The position numbers and the translations under genes are program-made. From Amphiscolops sp. MND2022 (lineage: Eukaryota), in contig OZ076409.1 of the NCBI GenBank assembly GCA_964187785.1, forward strand, positions 74,216,001-74,280,000: a DNA stretch of 64,000 nt, read 5' to 3'. The notes beneath the pieces are model-generated. The model did not search any database. It had not been told where the DNA came from and was given only the letters and a program-made list of their open reading frames with translations. Below, piece after piece: positions 9,645 to 24,000 of this stretch; position 1 is the first letter of the stretch, and every line of letters begins with the position of its first letter.

Positions 9645-9919
9645 CGTGTTTCATCAAAAAGCAGCGAATGATGTGCCTCTCTCTGGTGATGTCTAACACA
9701 ATGATTTTTTAAGACGTTTTTTTAAGATTTGATCTGTTTGAATTGAACCATGCCACGTGGTGGAGACCGAGGACATTCTTGAACATCATTAACTAAATTA
9801 ACACTAATTAACCTCTAAACCAACACCCGACTGACGACGACTTCTCCAATCACGTGAGTAACTTTCCTTATTAACACTTTCCCGCCTACTGGACTCTTCG
9901 TTTTGCCGTCCACGTCTAG

Positions 9920-12900
9920 GTGGCCGGAAATTTTTTTTTTCATCAAAATCTTTGCCATTGGGGGAGGGGCCCCGGATGGCCAGTAGTTCGGCTTGGCTAC
10001 CTGCAAAATCAGGTACAAAAAAACACGATCTCAAAATTGGCCCGTCAGAAATCGCTCATTTTTTGCATGCGGCCCTAAAATCAATATATAAGAACAAAGT
10101 CCTGCTGACGTTTTGCCGAAAAAACATTTTTTGTTGACCAAAAATAACATTTTTCATGCCAAAATGACTGTTTTTTCACATTTTTCAACTTTGAGAGCTC
10201 ATATCTCGTTCCCAGGTACCCGGAGCGGTTCGCACGTGAACTGCAATATTGCTCAGCGTTGTTAACGGAGTGCGTGGACAAATTTTGGTCCAAATCGGAC
10301 TTAAACTCGGGGAGATGTAAACGGATTTTTGGGGGTTTCCGGGGTAAATTTTTTAACGGTCCAGCTTATCTTTGCCATTTTTTGGAAAATGTACTCGCCT
10401 AAAGGCCTCCCCCTGGCCGAATTTACTCCCAGCAAAACCATTTGGCCCTAAATACGGCGTTTCAGCGTTCTAGCATTTGCGGGCGAAAAGTTGTGGGACT
10501 TAGAAAAAATTCAAAATTTTTCAAAAATTTTTTTTTCGTTTTCCGGCCCCCCAATGAAGGGGAACGACCCCCCAACTAGGATTTTTGGTGAATCCATGCG
10601 AAAACGTCTTGTTTAGTGGAGAAAAATGCCGTTTAGAGCGACTTTTTATCTTAACTTGACGTTGACTTATGTCGTTTTGAATTTGATATTAGTATGTGTT
10701 GAGCATGTGAAAAGTTGAACATTTCAGTTGTTCTTTCGTGTTAGCCATTGAGATACAAGCTGTAGTGATCAAATTGTGATTTTTTGCAGTTTCGTGGTGC
10801 TTTTGGTGTATTTTGATTCTTTTGATAAAAATTTGTTCTTTATATATTGACAATTTTGGTGTATTGATTCAAATGAACATGAAACAGTTGAGTACATTTC
10901 ATCTCCCTCTTGGGGGAGATGAGAATGTACTCGCTAAAGTCCTAGTACTATGACCCATTTTTGTTTTTATCAGACGCAGATACTGCCAACGGATACTTTT
11001 TGTTGGTGCCACTTTCCTGTGCACAATGTCTTTAGAAGCTAGAAATCTCTATGTCTCTAGCTTACTTCTCCTACAAATTCGTCACCAACGTCAACGCCAC
11101 ACACTTTCACTAACGCCCACCGTCTGTGGGCATGCCGAGGCATGCCCTTCGACGACGTATGCCAAATAGCGCCACAGGGCGCCCAATTTTGTCTAGGTGG
11201 CCGCGTCTTTTAGATGGACTTTTAGCCCTGATGCGCGGGTAGGGTCCTGCGCCGACCTGGTGAAAATATACTCCTGGCAAATGGCCCGAATCGGAGACGA
11301 TCTCAAAACTGGCCCGTACGATTTTCCTGAAAATTTGCATGTGGCCCCCAATTGGCGAGCAATGAAAAAGTGTAGGAGGTCATTTTCTCCTGGTTTCATT
11401 GTGAGACGAGATATATGAAAAAAACAGACCCCAAAATGACGAAATTTTCACTTTTTGACCAAAAATGTGACATTATCTCCTCAGACAAGGCTCGGAGCAA
11501 AATTTTTCAGGACCCAAACCTGCAGCAGACTGTTAGAGCAGTGCACACAGTAAGTTTGAAGGAAATCGGATAATCACATGTGGAGAAATTGACGTTTTTC
11601 CGGCGAAATTTTTCGCAAATGCAGTCTATCTCTACCGTTTTTTGCCCAAATTTTTTTCGAGACCCTCTCCTAAAGACCTCCCCTGGCCCAATTTCCTTCC
11701 AACAAAACCATTTGGCCCTAAATACGAGGTTTCAGCGTTCCAGCATTCCCCAGTGAAAAGTTATGGGACTTAGAAATTTTTCAAAAATTTTCAAATTTTT
11801 TCTAAAAAAGTTCAGGCCGCCCAAAGTGAAGAAACTTCCACACAACTAGTATTGCAAGTGAATGCATGTGGAAAGCCCTGCACTTGACGAGAAAAATGCC
11901 GTTTAGAACGTCTTTTTATCTTTACTTGATGTTGACTTATGATCTTTTGAGTAACGTATAACACGTGATCACAGTAGTGAAAATCCTAATTTTCAATAAT
12001 TTTCAAACAATAACGCATGAAAAGAATCTGGAAAAGGTTCCGATGGGTCAGTCGGGATGTCTGAAGCATGTGTACATTCCCGTAGTGTATAGCGGATGTA
12101 TTTGGGACTTATTAGAAACTGTGATATATTTCATACAAGTCTTTGTTTCTCTTAGAATCTTATGCAGTTGAGTACATTCCATCTCCCTCTCAGGGGAGAT
12201 GTGAATGTACGTTGCCAAATGCCTTGTAAAGTTCACATGTTTGATGGACTTAACTAAGTAAACAAGTGTGAGTTGCGTTTGCCGAATCGCTACAGCAAAA
12301 AATACTAAAACTTTAGTCAGATTGAATGGTTTTTGTCTTTAGTGTTTCTTCTTGTTTAGCCGACTTCCACATCCAAACATCAACGCCCACCGTCCGTAGG
12401 CATGCCGAGGCATGCCTTTCGACGACGTATGCCAAATACCCAATGCCACACAGTCTTTTCCCGCTAGGTGCCGGGATTTCTATTCGATAAAGTATGTGGC
12501 GCGCCTTGGGTAGGGTCCCTTGCGCGCTTTTGGGTATGGTGTTCACCAGCTAGGAAATAGGGGTCGATTTTTCGGGATCTCCTAAACTAGCCACACGATT
12601 TGGCTGAAATTTGGCACACGTACTCCCCTCGGCACGGTGAAGATGATTTCCTACTGACGTTTTTCCCGCAAAATTTTTTTTGTTGTCCAAAATAACGGTT
12701 TTTGGGGTAAAATTTTGAATTTTTTTTAAATTTTATCTTATATCTCGCCACGGGTTTACGCTAGCGCTTCAAAACCCTGCTAAAGAAAGCTTGCAAACTG
12801 TCTCAGGAATGCGGTGTGAAATTTTCAGCTCAATCGGACTTAAACTCAGGGAGATATAGCGTTTTTCCGGAGCGGGGGGGTTTCATTTTTCTAACGGTCC

Positions 12901-15093
12901 AGCTTATCTTTGCCATTTTTTCGAAAATGTACTCGCCTAAAGACCTCCCCTGGCCGGTTTTATTCCCAGCAAAACCATTTGGCCCTAAATACGGAGTTTC
13001 AGCGTTCCAGCATTCCCGGGCGAAAAGTTGTGGGACTTAGAAAATTTCAAAAATTTTCAAAATTTTTTTTTTCGGTTTTGCGCCCTCCCCCCCGAGGGGA
13101 AAAGACCCCCAACCAGTAATTTGAGTGAATTCATGTGGAAAGGCCATGTTTAGACGAAAAAATTGCCGTTTAGAACGTCTTTCTATCTCAACCTGACATT
13201 GACTTATGAAGCTTTAAAGGTGATGTTTGGACGTGTGAAGCATGTAAAAAAAGGATTTTTTTTTTATTTTATTTCATCAGAAAGTCATTGAATCACACGC
13301 TGTGAAGCCCAGAGCGTGGTTTCTAATAGTTTGGTATCGTTTAAACGCATTTTGGTGTCTTTTTACTCTGTTTAAAAAACTTTTCTCCTGAAAATTAATA
13401 AATTTTGATTACTTTTCTTACTTTCCATTAATTTTTTTTCTTATATTTTTACTTGAAACAGTTGAGTACATTCCATCTCCCTTCCCGGGGAGATGAGAAT
13501 GTACTCGCAAAAAGCCGCGAACTACGGCCCATACCTTCCCGAGATACGCAGTATAAAGATAACATAATGGTCCAGACATTTTAATGGAGTTGTATCTTGG
13601 TAATATGTCTGGATTTGCAGAAAAATCAGCACGTGCCATTTTATACCAAGTTGCTCGCAACGACAATTAATTTAAATCAACGCCCCCCACAAAAATCAAC
13701 GCCCCCCGTCCGTGGGCATGCCGAGGCATGCCCTTCGACGACGTGCACCAAAATATGCCCCGAGCGCGTTAGCAGCTAGGTGCCCGGATTTCTATTCATT
13801 AAAGTATGTTGCGCGTGTGGGTAGGGCCCCTGGCGCGCTCTTGTGTCCCTGTTCTCATAACTGCAATTTCCGGCAGCATTCTGAGCGATTTTCTAAACTA
13901 TCCATACGATTCGGCTGAAATTTGGCATGTGAGTTCCTATGACAGTTCTAAGAAACATTTCCTACTGGCGTTTTGCCCGGAAAATTTTTTTTGTTGACTT
14001 ATAACGGTTTTTTTGGCCAAAAAATGCAATTTTTTCAAAAAAAATTTTTTTCGGAGCCCATATCTTTTTTCAGGGTGCCCGGAGCGGGACGCGTTAAACT
14101 GATTATAAACTCTACGGTTCATGGGCTTTACGGAGAACCTAGGCTCGTTTCGATCGGACAAATAGTCTTGGAGATATAACGGCATTTTTTGGGAATTTTT
14201 TGGAAATTTTTCTAACGGTCCAGCTTATCTTTGCCATTTTTTCGAAAATGTACTCGCCTAAAGGCCTCCCCTGGCCGGTTTTAATCCCAGCAAAACCATT
14301 TGGCCCTAAATACGGAGTTTCAGCGTTCCAGCATTCCCGGGCGAAAAGTTGTGGGACTTAGAAAAATTTCAAAATTTTTCAAAATTTTTTTTTCCGTTTT
14401 CCGCCCTCCCCCCCGAGGGGAAAAGACCCCCCAACCAGTAATTTGAGGGAATTCATGTGGAAAGGCCATGTTTAGAGGAGAAAAATGCCGTTTAGATCGT
14501 CTTTTTATTCTAACCTGTCGTTGACTTATGTTGTTTTGAAGGTGATGTTTGGATGTGTGAAGCATGTGAAAAGGTAATTTATTGTGTCTTTAGCTCTTCT
14601 AAAAGCCATTGAGATACACGGTGTGCGACTCAGAACGTGTTTAGTTCTAATTTAACAATGCATCAACACATTTTTGTGTCTTTTGACTTGATTAAAAAAT
14701 GTTTTCTTCCCAAAACTTTAAAAAAAATCAACAATTTTTCATCTTTTTTTCTGATCTCATGACTCGAAACAGTTGAGTACATTCCATCTCCCTTCCCGGG
14801 GGAGATGAGAATGTACTCTTTAGAGACCAGGTACTACAGTACTTACCTTCCCCGAGCAACGCCCCATAAAAATTGCGTTTTGATCCAGATATTTTGACAT
14901 ACTTTTATCTTTGTAATTTGACTGGAAATGAAGAAAATGCCGCACGTGCTCTTTTATATCAAGTATCTTAACAACGCCATCTCTTTTACGTCAACGCCCC
15001 ATACTTTACACCAACGCCCCCCGTCCGTGGGCATGCCGAGGCATGCCCTTCGACGACGTGCACCAAAATATGCTCCCAAGCGCGTTAGCCTAG
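9920..15093 (+). mobile_element. Four family-A units (1271-1314 bp)
   Basis: Shared core (...AAAACCATTTGGCCCTAAATACG.GTTTCAGCGTTC.AGCATT...), type-1 hairpin GAGTACATT.CATCTCCC...GGGAGATG.GAATGTAC (e.g. 10890-10932) and terminal palindrome (e.g. 11128-11147). Confidence 0.75.
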
Positions 15094-18000
15094 GTGCGGG
15101 GGGGAAACCCCAACAAAAATTTTGGAGGATTCGGGTAGGGTCCTGAATCCGAGTTCAGTGCTGCCAGCTTTCGTTAAGAAAATTTGGATAGGATTCGGGA
15201 TCTCGTGATCTAACCATAGGATTTTAAAGTTGGAGCGGCCCCCACCAGATTTTCCGAAAATTAGCGCCCCCCACCGGGTTCCATACCCCGGAAAATTTTT
15301 TTCTGGCCACACGGGCGACCGTTAGGGGGTCATTTTAGGGGTAAAATTCATATTGGGCCACATAACTTTTTTTCTGTTGATTTAAAACTTTGGGACCCTG
15401 CTAAAAGTTTCTTGACCGTGTTGCAGTGGCTCCGGAGGTCCAAACCAAATTTTTCTATCTTGAAGCTATCTCCAAGTACCCCCCCGCCCAAAACGTTATT
15501 TTTCCGGAAACGCAGGTTTTTGACCCGGAAGGAGTCGTCTGAGCGCGGGGTCGTTAGGTGATGTATTGGGGACGGCCTTGAGACGAAGTGGGGGACATGC
15601 AGTTTGCCGACCCCAGTTTACCCCCCGGACCGGAAATGACCGTTATTTGAGCGGGAAAAATGCCCCCCTCCACGTTTTACCGCTATTTCCGGTGTGAAGG
15701 AGTGGGAGTAGCGCGTCGGGTGTTATATAACAAAAGTAGGTTTAGACAAGGACCTATCGGAAACATGTGGTTTGGGACCCCCTGGACCAACCCGTTAGCA
15801 GGAAATGGGGCTTCCGGCCCGTTTTTTTACGGTTAAAAACGGAAAATGGGCATTGAGGGGTAAATATCTCGTGAACGCGTGGAGCTACGGTGTCCTTCAC
15901 TCCTACAAGGTTTCATACCCATGATATGGTGCCTTCAGGGGGGCAAACAGATTTCCGCTATCTATCACCGTTACGGACTTGGCCCCCCAGCCTAACCGTT
16001 AAGTGACCGGAAATGTCATATTTTGAGCCCAAAGGGTCGGTCCCAGCCAGGGAACGTTAGGTAACTTATTGTAGTACTCATTGAGACGAGTTGGGGGACA
16101 TAGTTTCAGTCACCCCCCGTTACCCCTTGGGACCGGAAATGACCGTTATGTGAGTAAATTTGCCATTTTTGTCCTATTTGAAGGGCATTTAGATGCGGAA
16201 GGAGTGGTAATAGGGGCTTGGACACTATATGAGGTAAGGGAGGACGTGAGGCGAGCATTCGGACATAACCGTTATGTTGACCCTAAAGTCCCCCTGGTAC
16301 CGTAAACAACCGGAAATGGTCAAATTTTGTGTCTATTGGGTACAAATGTTTGGTATTTTGTAAATAAAAGTATCTATTAGGTGTTTCGACGGTTTGCAGT
16401 AGTGAACATAGTCATGAAACCTTGTGGGGGGTAACGGTATATAGCACCGGAAATCCAAACCGTTGGAGACAGGATAGGTTTTTTGATTTTAAAATGTCTT
16501 TCGACGTACTTTTGTTGACTATTAAGGACTATTTTTAAAAATTAAAGTTTTTCCATATAGTTTCGGAGACTCCGAAACCTCAACCAACATAACCGTTACC
16601 TCATGATAGCCTTTCAAGTTGGCCTGGTGTCAACTTGGAAGGGCTATCCTTCAAAAATCGTCAATCAGGTGTGTTTTTGGGTATGTTTGTATCACTTTAG
16701 AATCAATTAGAGCTTCAAGAAAAGTTTGCCAACGACAAAAACTATGTCGTGATGATTCCGTTATTAGAATAATAGTTAGCAAATTGTTGAGAAAATTGAT
16801 TTTTTCCATATAAAATGTGTCCTAAATGCCAGGAAACCTATTTAACTAACAAATGGTATTGATTGGAATGTATGTAACAGATTTATAAAATTTCAAATTA
16901 ATTATTACGATTCAAAATGGAAGCTGAAACGTAATATTTTAGTTTAATTAACGTCAACGCCACACACTTTACATCAACGCCCACCGTCTGTGGGCATGCC
17001 GAGGCATGCCCTTCGACGACATATACCAAATACATACCCAAACGACGCCCGTACATCCCGGGCTAGGTGCGGGGGGGGTAACCCCAACAAAAATTTTGGA
17101 GGATTCGGGTAGGGTCCTGAATCCGAGTTCAGTGCTGCCAGCTTTCGTTAAGAAAATTTGGATAGGATTCGGGATCTCGTGATCTAACCATAGGATTTTA
17201 AAGTTGGAGCGGCCCCCACCAGATTTTCCGAAAATTAGCGCCCCCCACCGGGTTCCATACCCCGGAAAATTTTTTTCTGGCCACACGGGCGACCGTTAGG
17301 GGGTCATTTTAGGGGTAAAATTCATATTGGGCCACATAACTTTTTTTCTGTTGATTTAAAACTTTGGGACCCTGCTAAAAGTTTCTTGACCGTGTTGCAA
17401 GGGCTCCGGAGGTCCAAACCAAATTTTTCTAGCTTGAAGCTATCTCCAAGTACCCCCCCGCCCAAAACGTTATTTTTCCGGAAACGCAGGTTTTTGACCC
17501 GGAAGGAGTCGTCTGAGCGCGGGGTCGTTAGGTGATGTATTGGGGACGGCCTTGAGACGAAGTGGGGGACATGTAGTTTGTCAACCTCAGTTTACCCCCC
17601 AGACAGGAAATGACCGTTATATGAGCGGGAAAATTGCCCCCCTCCACGTTTTACCGCTATTTCCGGTGTGAAGGAGTGGGAGTAGCGCGTCGGGTGTTAA
17701 ATAAAAAAAGTAGGTTTAGACAAGGACCTATCGGAAACATGTAGTTTGGGACCCCCTGGTCCAACCCGTTAGCGGGAAATGGGACTTCCGCCTCCTTTTT
17801 TTACTGCTAAAACCGTAAAATGGGCATTGAGGGGTAAATATCTCGTGAACGCGTGGAGCAATCGTGTCCATCACTACTACAAGGTTTCATACCCATGATA
17901 TGGTGCCTTCAGGGGGGCAAACAGATTTCCGCTATCTATCACCGTTACCGACTTGGCCCCCCAGCCTAACCGCTATGTGACCGGAAATGTCCATTTTGAG

Positions 18001-21000
18001 CCCAAAGGGTCGGTCCCAGCCGGGGAACGTTAGGTAACTTATTGTAGTACTCAATGAGACGAGTTTGGGGATATAGTTTCAGTCACCCCCCGTTACCCCT
18101 TGGGACCGGAAATGACCGTTATGTGGGTAAAATTGCAATTTTTATACTTTTTCAAGTGTATTTAGGTGCGGAAGGAGTGGTAATAGGTGCTTGGACACTA
18201 TATGAGGTAAGGGAGGACGTGAGGCGAGCATTCGGAAATAACCGTTATGTTGACCCTAAAGTCCCCCTGGTACCGTAAACGACCGGAAATGGTCAAATTT
18301 TGTGTCTATTGGTTACAAATGTTTAGTATTTTGTAGATAAAAGTATCTATTAGGTGTTTCGACGGTCTGCAATAGTGAACATAGTCATGAAACCTTGTGG
18401 GGGGTAACGGTATATAGCACCGGAAGTCCAAACCGTTGGAGACAGGATGAGTTTTTTGGTTTTAAAATGTCTTTCGGTGTTCCTTTGTCGACTATTAAGG
18501 ACTATTTTTAAAAATTAAAGTTTTTCCATATAGTTTCAGAGACTCCGAAACCTCAACCAACATAACCGTTACATTTTGATAGCCTTTCAAGTTGGCCTGG
18601 TGTCAACTTGGAAGCGCTATCCTTCTGAAATCGTTAATCAAGAGTGTTTTTGGGTAGGTATATATTGCATTAGTACCAATTAGAGCTTCATCAACAGTGT
18701 ATCAACGACAAAAACTATGCCGTCATGATTCCGTTATTAGAATCATAGTGAGCAAATTGTTGAAAAAAATGGTTTTTTTCCATACAAAATGTGTCCTAAA
18801 TGCCAGGAAACCTATTTACCTAACAAATGGTATTAATTGGAATGTATGTAACAGATTTATAAAAGTTCAAATTGAATATTACATTTCATTATGGAAGCTG
18901 AAACGTCATATTTTAGTTTAATTAACGTCAACGCCACACACTTTACATCAACGCACACCGTCTGTGGGCATGCCGAGGCATGCCCTTCGACGACGTATGA
19001 CAAATCCATATCAAACGACGCCCGTACATCCCGGGCTAGGTGCGGGGGGGAAACCCCAACAAAATTTTTGGAGGATTCGGGTAGGGTCCTGAATCCGAGT
19101 TCAGTGCTGCCAGCTTTCGTTAAGAAAATTTGGATAGGATTCGGGATCTCGTGATCTAACCATAGGATTTTAAAGTTGGAGCGGCCCCCACCAGATTTTC
19201 CGAAAATTAGCGCCCCCCACCGGGTTCCATACCCCGGAAAATTTTTTTCTGGCCACACGGGCGACCGTTAGGGGGTCATTTTAGGGGTAAAATTCATATT
19301 GGGCCACATAACTTTTTTTCTGTTGATTTAAAACTTTGGGACCCTGCTAAAAGTTTCTTGACCGTGTTGCAAGGGCTCCGGAGGTCCAAACCAAATTTTT
19401 CTAGCTCGAAGCTATCTCCAAGTACCCCCCCGCCCAAAACGTTATTTTTCCGGAAATGCAGGTTTTTGACCCGGAAGGAGTTGTCTGAGCGCGGGGTCGT
19501 TAGGTGATGTTTTGGGGACGGCCTTGAGACGAAGTGGGGGACATGTAGTTTGTCAACCTCAGTTTACTCCCCGGACAGGAAATGACCGTTATATGAGCGG
19601 GAAAATTGCCCCCCTCCACGTTTTACCGCTATTTCCGGTGTGAAGGAGTGGGAGTAGCGCGTCGGGTGCCATATATCAAAAGTAGGTTTAGACAAGGACC
19701 TATCGGAAACATGTAGTTTGGGACCCCCTGGACCAACCCGTTAGCGGGAAATGGGGCTTCCGCCTCCTTTTTTTACTGCTAAAACAGTAAAATGGGCATT
19801 GAGGGGTAAATATCTCGTGAACGCGTGGAGCTACGGTGTCCATCACTACTACAAGGTTTCATACCCATGATATGGTGCCTTCAGGGGGGCAAACAGTTTA
19901 CCGCTATCTATCACCGTTACTGACTTGGCCCCCCAGCCTAACCGCTATGTGACCGGAAATGTCACTTTTTGAGCCCAAAGGGTCGGTCCCAGCCGGGGTA
20001 CGTTAGGTAACTTATTGTAGTACTCATTGAGACGAGTTGGGGGATATAGTTTCAGTCACCCCCCGTTACCCCTCGAGACCGGAAATGACCGTTATGTGAG
20101 TAAAATTGCAAATTTTGTACTTTTTGAAGGGTATTTAGGTGTGGAAGGAGTGGTAATAGGTGCTTGGACACTATATGAGGTAAGGGAGGACGTGAGGCGA
20201 GCATTCGGACATAACCGTTATGTTGACCCTAAAGTCCCCCTGGTACCGTAAACGACCGGAAATGGTCAAATTTTGTATTTTTAGGGTACAAATGTTTGGT
20301 ATTTTATGGAATAAAGTACATGGAAGGTGTTTCAAAGGCATCCAGAAATGAACATAGTCATGAAACCTTGAGGGGGGTAACGGTATATAACACCGGAAGT
20401 CCAAGCCGTTGGACACAGTATAGGTTTTTGGGTTTTAAAATGCTTATGAACGTACATTTGTGGGTTGAATTGTTCTAATATTGACTATTTTCGATATTTT
20501 TTGACATTAAAGGTTTTTCCAATAGTTTCAGGGACCTCCAAAGCTTCAATCAACATAACCTTTACATTATGATAGCCTTTCAAGTTGGCCTGGTGTCAAC
20601 TTGGAAGGGCTATCCTTCACAAATCGTATATCAAGTGTGTTTTTGAGTAGGTTTTTATCACTTTAGTATCAATTAGAGCTTAATCATTAGTTTGCCAACG
20701 ACAAAAACCATGTCGTGATGATTCCGTTAGTAGAAGAATAGTTAACAACTTGTTGACAAAGTTGATTTTTTGCATTTAAAATGTTTCCTAAATGCCAGGA
20801 AAACGATTTACGTTATAAATGGTACTGACTGACCCAAATAACAGTTAAAAAAAGTTAAACATTATTTTTTCGTTTCATTATAGAAGCTGAAACCTCACGT
20901 TTTAACTTAATTAACGTCAACGCCACATACTTTACATCAACGCCCACCGTCTGTGGGCATGCCGAGGCATGCCCTTCGACGACGTATACCAAAATCCAAT

Positions 21001-21030
21001 ATATCTACACCCAATTGCGGTAGCAGCTAG
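15094..21030 (+). mobile_element. Three tandem family-B units (1973, 1973, 1991 bp)
   Basis: Near-identical heads (GTGCGGGGGG...CCCCAACAAAA), internal recurring ACCGGAAATG motifs, type-2 hairpin GATAGCCTTTCAAGTTGGCCTGGTGTCAACTTGGAAGGGCTATC (16605-16648) and the same terminal palindrome as family A. Confidence 0.75.
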
Positions 21031-24000
21031 GTGCCGGGATTACTATTCATTCAAGTAAGTTGCGCGTGTGGGTAGGGCCCCTGGCGCGCTCTTTTATTTC
21101 GGGTACACCTACTCCAAATTCACGATGTGATTTCGACGATCTCGTAAACTAGCCACACGATTTGGCTGAAATTTGGCACACAGCTCCGTTGGAACATTGT
21201 AAGAACAAATCCCTACTGACGTTTTGCCCGCTAAACATTTTTTGTTGGTCAAAAATGCGATTTTCCGACAAAATTTTTGACTTTTTTTTCTTTTTCAACT
21301 CATATCTCGCCACAGGGTCACGCTAGCGCTTTGCAACCTATGATCCTTTTTTGTAGGGCATTGCATGTAGAACACGTATGCCAAATTTGGTGGCGATCGG
21401 ACTTAAATTCAGGGAGATATAACGATTTTTTAGGTGCATTTTTTGACATTTTTTGCATTTGCTGATTTATCTTTGCCGTTTTTTGCCCAGTTTTTTTTGA
21501 GACACTCTCCTAAAGACCTCCCCTGGCCGGTTTACCTCCCAGCAAAACCATTTGGCCCTAAATACGAAGTTTCAGCGTTCTAGCATTCCCGGGCGAAAAG
21601 TTGTGGGACTTAGAAGAATTTTTTGGAAACGCAAAATGTGTAAAGTCAACTTCAGGCCTCCCAAAGTCAGGGAACTTCCACACAACTAGGATTGCAAGTG
21701 GATGCATGTGGAAAGTACTGGGATAGACGAGAAAAATGAGCTATAGAACGACTCTGTAGCTTAACTTGACGTTGACTTATGATGTTTTGAATGTGTGCTT
21801 GCTAAGGGGTCCGAAATTGAAAATTTTAAAGAAAATTAATATCGTCAAAAATTCTTCGAAATGCCTGCAATATACAGTAGAGCGTGTTCAATTGTAGCTG
21901 ACTAATGCATCAACGCCGTTCAAGGTCTTTTAACTCAGTTTCAAAATTTTTTACACTGTATTATCCATCCGAGAGATCGAAACAGTTGAGTACATTCCAT
22001 CCCCCTCCCGGGGGAGATGAGAATGTACTCGCTAAAGTCCAGATACCACAGCCCCTATTTGTTTCTCTGCAACGCCATCTATGCTACTGCACATAACTAC
22101 TAATCTTAAGACTGAATTTTGCCTTCACTTTGACTTGACATATGCTGAAGGTTTGATCCTTTCACACATCATTATTACCTGAACAAAACAACCCTAACAT
22201 CAACGCCCCACACTCACATCAACGCCCACCGTCCGTGGGCATGCCGAGGCATGCCCTTCGACGACGTATACCAAGATATACATAAGCGCGGTAGCCGCTA
22301 GGTGCCGGTGTATTTTTACACAATGGGGGATGTTGCGCGTGTGGGGAGGGTCCCTGACGCGCTCCCGGGATTTCGGGTCTTCTAACCTATGATAGCGTGA
22401 CACCTGACTTCGATCTCGTAAACTAGCCGTACGATTTGGCTGAAATTTGGCACACGTACCCCCCTCGGCACGGTGAAGATGATTTCCTACTGACGTTTTT
22501 CCCGCTAAACATTTTTTGTTGACCAAAATAACGGTTTTTGGGGTAAAATTTTCAACTTTTTTTAAATTTCATCTTATATCTCGCCACGGGTACACGCTAG
22601 CGCTTCCAAACCTTGCTGACGAAAGTTTGCAAACTGTCTCAGGAATGCTGTGTGAAATTTTCAGCTCAATCGGACTCAAACTTGAGGAGATATAGCGTTT
22701 TTCCGGAGCGGGGGGGTTTCATTTTTCTAACGGTCCAGCTTATCTTTGCCATTTTTTCGAAAATGCACTCGCCTAAAGGCCTCCCCTGGCCGGTTTTATT
22801 CCCAGCAAAACCATTTGGCCCTAAATACGGAGTTTCAGCGTTCCAGCATTCCTGGGCGAAAAGTTGTGGGACTTAGAAAAGTTCAAAAAATTTCAAAAAT
22901 TTTTTTTCCGTTATTTGGGCCCCCAAAGTGGGGGAAAAGACCCCCCAACCAGTAAAGCAAGTGAATGCATGTGCAAAGCCCTTGTTTAGAGGAGAAAAAT
23001 GCCGTTTAGAACGTCTTTTTATCTTGGCTCAACGTTGACTTATGACGTTTTGAAGGTGATGTTTGGATGTGTAAAGCACGTGAATAGTAAACGTTATGAG
23101 TATTTATCTGATCTGAAAGCCATTGAGATGCAATATGGTTTGCTCAAAACGTAATTCATGGCAGTTTGGCAATCAATCAACACCCGTTGTCGTTTGACAT
23201 ACTTTTTTGTTGTTATAAAAAAATTTTGTGTAATTATTCATTTTTTTCTCATCAAATAACTTGAAACAGTTGAGTACATTCCATCCCCCCTTCCGGGGGA
23301 GATGAGAATGTACTCGCAAAAAGCTCCGAATTACGGCCCTTACCTTCCCGAGCTACGCAGTATAAGGATTGCATATTGGTTCCGACATTTTCATAGAGTT
23401 AAATCTTGGTAATCTGTCTGGATATGCAGAAAAATCAGCACGTGCCTTTTAATACCAAGTTGCTTACAACGACAATTATTTTATATCAACGCCCCCATAT
23501 TTATCAACGCCCCCCGTCCGTGGGCATGCCGAGGCATGCCCTTCGACGACGTATACCAAGATATGCGTTAACGCGTTAGCCTAGGTGCCGGTGTATTTTT
23601 ACACAAAGGGGGATGTTGCGCGTGTGGGGAGGGTCCCTGACGCGCTTCCGTGGTTTCGGGTCTTCTAACCTATGATAGCGTGACACCTGACTTCGATCTC
23701 GTAAACTAGCCGTACGATTTGGCTGAAATTTGGCACACGTACCCCCCTCGGCACGGTGAAGATGATTTCCTACTGACGTTTTTCCCGCTAAACATTTTTT
23801 GTTGACCAAAATAACGGTTTTTGGGGTAAAATTTTGAACTTTTTTTAAATTTCATCTTATATCTCGCCACGGGTTTACGCTAGCGCTTCCAAACTTTGCT
23901 GACGAAACCTTGCAAACTGTCTCAGGAATGCGGTGTGAAATTTTCAGCTCAATCGGACTCAAACTCGGGGAGAAATAGCGTTTTTCCGGAGCGGGGGGGT

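Larger units (their letters stand above)
1..9919 (+). mobile_element. Autonomous-type Helitron-like rolling-circle element, left part outside the window, right end inferred at CTAG 9916-9919
   Basis: Contains the RepHel and SGNH ORFs. Unique sequence ends at CTAG-GTG, the motif found at every array junction. CTRR is the canonical Helitron 3' terminus. The exact boundary is inferred. Confidence 0.75.
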
